From: Nitrosococcus oceani ATCC 19707
GTDB taxonomy: Bacteria > Pseudomonadota > Gammaproteobacteria > Nitrosococcales > Nitrosococcaceae
Assembly (NCBI RefSeq): GCF_000012805.1
Contig: NC_007484.1
Coordinates: 330,001-362,000, forward strand
Direction: 5' to 3'
Length of the DNA: 32,000 nt
Position numbers and translations under genes: made by a program
Shown here: piece by piece, positions 28,161-32,000 of the stretch
Position numbering within the stretch: position 1 is the stretch's first letter
How the letters are laid out: each line of letters starts with the position of its first letter
The notes under the pieces: generated by a model
Told to the model about the DNA's origin: nothing
Seen by the model: the letters and a program-made list of their open reading frames with translations, nothing else
Database searches by the model: none

Positions 28161-29123
28161 TTAGTCATCGTCTGCCCCATCGGGCTTACCTTCCTGAAAC
28201 ACCTGGCTGGCGCGTATATCTTCGTCCTCGATAGTAATTAAATCAAGCTTATTAAGGGTCTTACTGCGTGATGCAAAGAGTCGGTTGGCCTGGCGTAGGC
28301 GGGCCCGATCCAAGGCATTGCGGATAGAGCGTGCGTTGGCAAAGTGCGCAAGTTTCATGCGTACTGGAATGTACTCAGCGAGTGCTTTTTCAGCTTCTGC
28401 GCTTAAACGATAATTCTGATCTGCTAGCATGAGTTTGGCAATGGCCATAAGCTCTTCCGGCGAGTAGTCAGGAAAATCAAGATGATGGGCGATGCGCGAG
28501 CGCATGCCCGGGTTGCTCTGGAAAAACCGGTCCATTTTATCTTTATAACCGGCCAGGACGACGACTAGATCGTCGCGGTTGTTTTCCATCACCTGTAGCA
28601 GGATCTCGATGGACTCTTGACCGTAATCCCTTTCATTCTCGGGTTTATATAGATAATAAGCCTCATCAATGAACAGCACGCCTCCCATGGCTTTTTTGAT
28701 GACTTCCTTGGTTTTGGGCGCGGTATGGCCAATGTATTGGCCTACGAGATCGTCGCGGGTAACAGTGACTAAATGGCCTTCCCGCACATAGCCGAGCCTT
28801 TTCAGGATTTCGCCCATACGCAGCGCTACCGTGGTTTTACCGGTGCCGGGATTGCCAGTGAAATTCATGTGGAGAGTCGGCGTTTCCGAGGTGAGCTCGA
28901 ACTGCCGACGTAGCCGGTCCACTAACAGAAGTGCGGCTATTTCCCGAATACGGGTCTTGATCGGTTTCAAGCCGATCAGCTCCCGGTCAAGTTTGTCGAG
29001 TACTTCTTGAATATTGGAAGCCTTGAATTCAGCCTCGAGATCCACTGATGCATCATCGACACGGTGAGCTGAGCGCGTGGGGACACTGGTGTTCTCGGGA
29101 TTGTTCATGATATCGCTTTCCAT
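28161..29123 (-). CDS. cbbX: Red-type RuBisCO activase CbbX (AAA+)
   Basis: Walker [10 protein letters not shown] and Walker [12 protein letters not shown], plus extensive collinear similarity to Rhodobacter CbbX ([42 protein letters not shown]). The start may be Met6 (29108). Confidence 0.95.
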   Translation of the reverse strand: MESDIMNNPENTSVPTRSAHRVDDASVDLEAEFKASNIQEVLDKLDRELIGLKPIKTRIREIAALLLVDRLRRQFELTSETPTLHMNFTGNPGTGKTTVALRMGEILKRLGYVREGHLVTVTRDDLVGQYIGHTAPKTKEVIKKAMGGVLFIDEAYYLYKPENERDYGQESIEILLQVMENNRDDLVVVLAGYKDKMDRFFQSNPGMRSRIAHHLDFPDYSPEELMAIAKLMLADQNYRLSAEAEKALAEYIPVRMKLAHFANARSIRNALDRARLRQANRLFASRSKTLNKLDLITIEDEDIRASQVFQEGKPDGADDD

Positions 29124-29147
29124 TAAATAATATAATTATGGCCGATA

Positions 29148-29164
29148 GCGGGCCAAAGGCCCGC
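29148..29164 (-). terminator. Intercistronic GC hairpin between cbbS and cbbX (GCGGGCC-AAA-GGCCCGC)
   Basis: Perfect 7-bp GC stem with a 3-nt loop, followed on the coding (minus) strand by an AT-rich tract (TATCGGCCATAATTATATTATTT). Candidate partial terminator or mRNA-stability element. Confidence 0.45.
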
Positions 29165-29184
29165 CCGACACTACTTGCTTACTA

Positions 29185-29622
29185 TTATTGATACCGCTCG
29201 CCTTCCGGCCTGTCAGCTGCATAGCTGCGTACGGTATAGTTGATATGGCGGCCATCTACTTCCTGCCGCACCAACCCAAAGCCAGGCTCGTTTTTGGGGC
29301 GATTGACGATAAAGGACATACAGGGTGACTCAACGCCCCGATGGCTGTTAAACGCCGTTACCCGAACGTAGTGATTAGGGTAGGTTTTGCGGCAATCGTT
29401 GATTTCCATCATGATCCCGGCGGGATCTTTCAGATCGAACATAGGAATGCCAAACATTTCCCAATAAGTATTGCGTGGATGGGGATCATCAGTGTATTCC
29501 ACATTGACCGCCCAATCATTTTTCAGCGCATATTTGATTTGCGCTAAAATCTGCTCGTCCGTTAAATCAGGCAGGAACGAGAACTGTCCCTGAGTGATAC
29601 GGTTTCCATGATTGGTCATCAT
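29185..29622 (-). CDS. cbbS: RuBisCO small subunit, red-type (form IC/ID) with C-terminal beta-hairpin extension
   Basis: 145 aa with [28 protein letters not shown], and the long C-terminal extension typical of red-type small subunits. Confidence 0.95.
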   Translation of the reverse strand: MMTNHGNRITQGQFSFLPDLTDEQILAQIKYALKNDWAVNVEYTDDPHPRNTYWEMFGIPMFDLKDPAGIMMEINDCRKTYPNHYVRVTAFNSHRGVESPCMSFIVNRPKNEPGFGLVRQEVDGRHINYTVRSYAADRPEGERYQ

Positions 29623-29641
29623 AAGCTAAATTCTCCTAAGC

Positions 29642-31198
<1,557 letters not shown>

Positions 31199-31374
31199 TT
31201 CAGGACTCACCGCGACCCTTAAATTAGGGTGCATCTTGGTAACAATCAGGCTAAGCATGGATTTAAGTGCTTGCCTTGAATAGTAAGTATAATGCTTTAA
31301 TTCATAATTGATAGTCAGTATTTTTGATTATTTTTATAAATTAATGCTTATGAATATTCTTTTGAGAATAAATA

Positions 31375-32000
31375 ATGCATGTAACGCTTCGCCAGCTTCA
31401 TGTCTTTGAAGCAGTAGCCCGCCATTTAAGTTATACCCGAGCGGCGGAAGAACTTCACCTTAGCCAACCTGCTGTTTCTATGCAAATTAAGCAGTTAGAA
31501 GGTAATGTGGGGCTTGCGCTGTTTGAGCAGTTAGGTAAGAAAATCTTTCTGACTGAAGCGGGGCGGGAACTTTACCATTACAGTCAGCAGATCTCCCGGG
31601 AACTCAGCGAGGCTGAGGATGTCTTGGAGGAGCTTAAGGGCAGCCGGCGAGGTACGCTTACTATTGCCGTAGCCAGCACCGCCACTTATTTTGCGCTCCA
31701 TTTGCTGGGCCGTTTCCACCAGCGTTTTCCGGAGGCTAATATTAGCCTTGATGTGACCAACCGCAAATCCTTGCTGCGGCATCTAGAAGAAAATACCATT
31801 GATATGGCAATTATGGGTAAGCCTCCGGAGGGCTTGGAGGTGGTGGCTAAGCCTTTTATGGAGAATCCCTTGGTGGTGATTGCTCCGCCGGCGCATCCTT
31901 TGGCGGGGCAGCGGGTGCCCTTGACCGTATTACGGCAAGAAACCTTTATCCTGCGCGAGCATGGTTCCGGCACCCGTATTGCCATGGAGCGGTTCTTTGC
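31375..32000 (+). CDS. cbbR: LysR-family transcriptional regulator CbbR (5' part; runs off the window end)
   Basis: Not in the ORF track because no stop lies within the window. MHVTLRQLHVFEAVARHLSYTRAAEELHLSQPAVSMQIKQLE is a canonical LysR HTH. It is divergent from cbbL. Confidence 0.9.
   Translation, partial: MHVTLRQLHVFEAVARHLSYTRAAEELHLSQPAVSMQIKQLEGNVGLALFEQLGKKIFLTEAGRELYHYSQQISRELSEAEDVLEELKGSRRGTLTIAVASTATYFALHLLGRFHQRFPEANISLDVTNRKSLLRHLEENTIDMAIMGKPPEGLEVVAKPFMENPLVVIAPPAHPLAGQRVPLTVLRQETFILREHGSGTRIAMERFF

Overview
This 32-kb window looks like it comes from a gammaproteobacterial chemolithoautotroph. Gene content and synteny are reminiscent of Nitrosococcus/Chromatiales, but that is a recognition-level guess, not a search result.

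Positions 1-16.8 kb are conserved housekeeping. They hold aspS, nadA, two tiny conserved ORFs (zf-CHCC, DUF2905) and a Nudix/ThiE-like fusion. A minus-strand block yacG-coaE-pilD-pilC-pilB follows. After it come lptM-lysA-(SAM methyltransferase)-dapF-DUF484-xerC and an HDOD-REC-GGDEF signalling protein.

Positions 17.1-27.7 kb are an accessory stretch in visible decay. One TonB-dependent receptor is killed by a frameshift plus a TGG->TGA nonsense codon. An intact PepSY-TM protein follows. A paralogous receptor is split by a 902-bp IS630-family element whose insertion can be reconstructed to the base. Next is an intact periplasmic pair (thioredoxin-like CPPC protein plus a Cys-motif BNR/sialidase-like propeller). 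Last is an RND adaptor gene with three frameshifts and no pump.

Positions 27.7-32 kb carry a red-type form I RuBisCO operon (cbbL-cbbS-cbbX) with a tightly coupled unknown 130-aa ORF at its tail and a divergent cbbR (truncated by the window end).

No rRNA, tRNA or CRISPR array was seen. I do not recognise any complete novel multi-gene system. The best candidates for unexplored biology are the cbbX-coupled ORF, the Trx/BNR pair and the D->E pseudo-receiver diguanylate cyclase.
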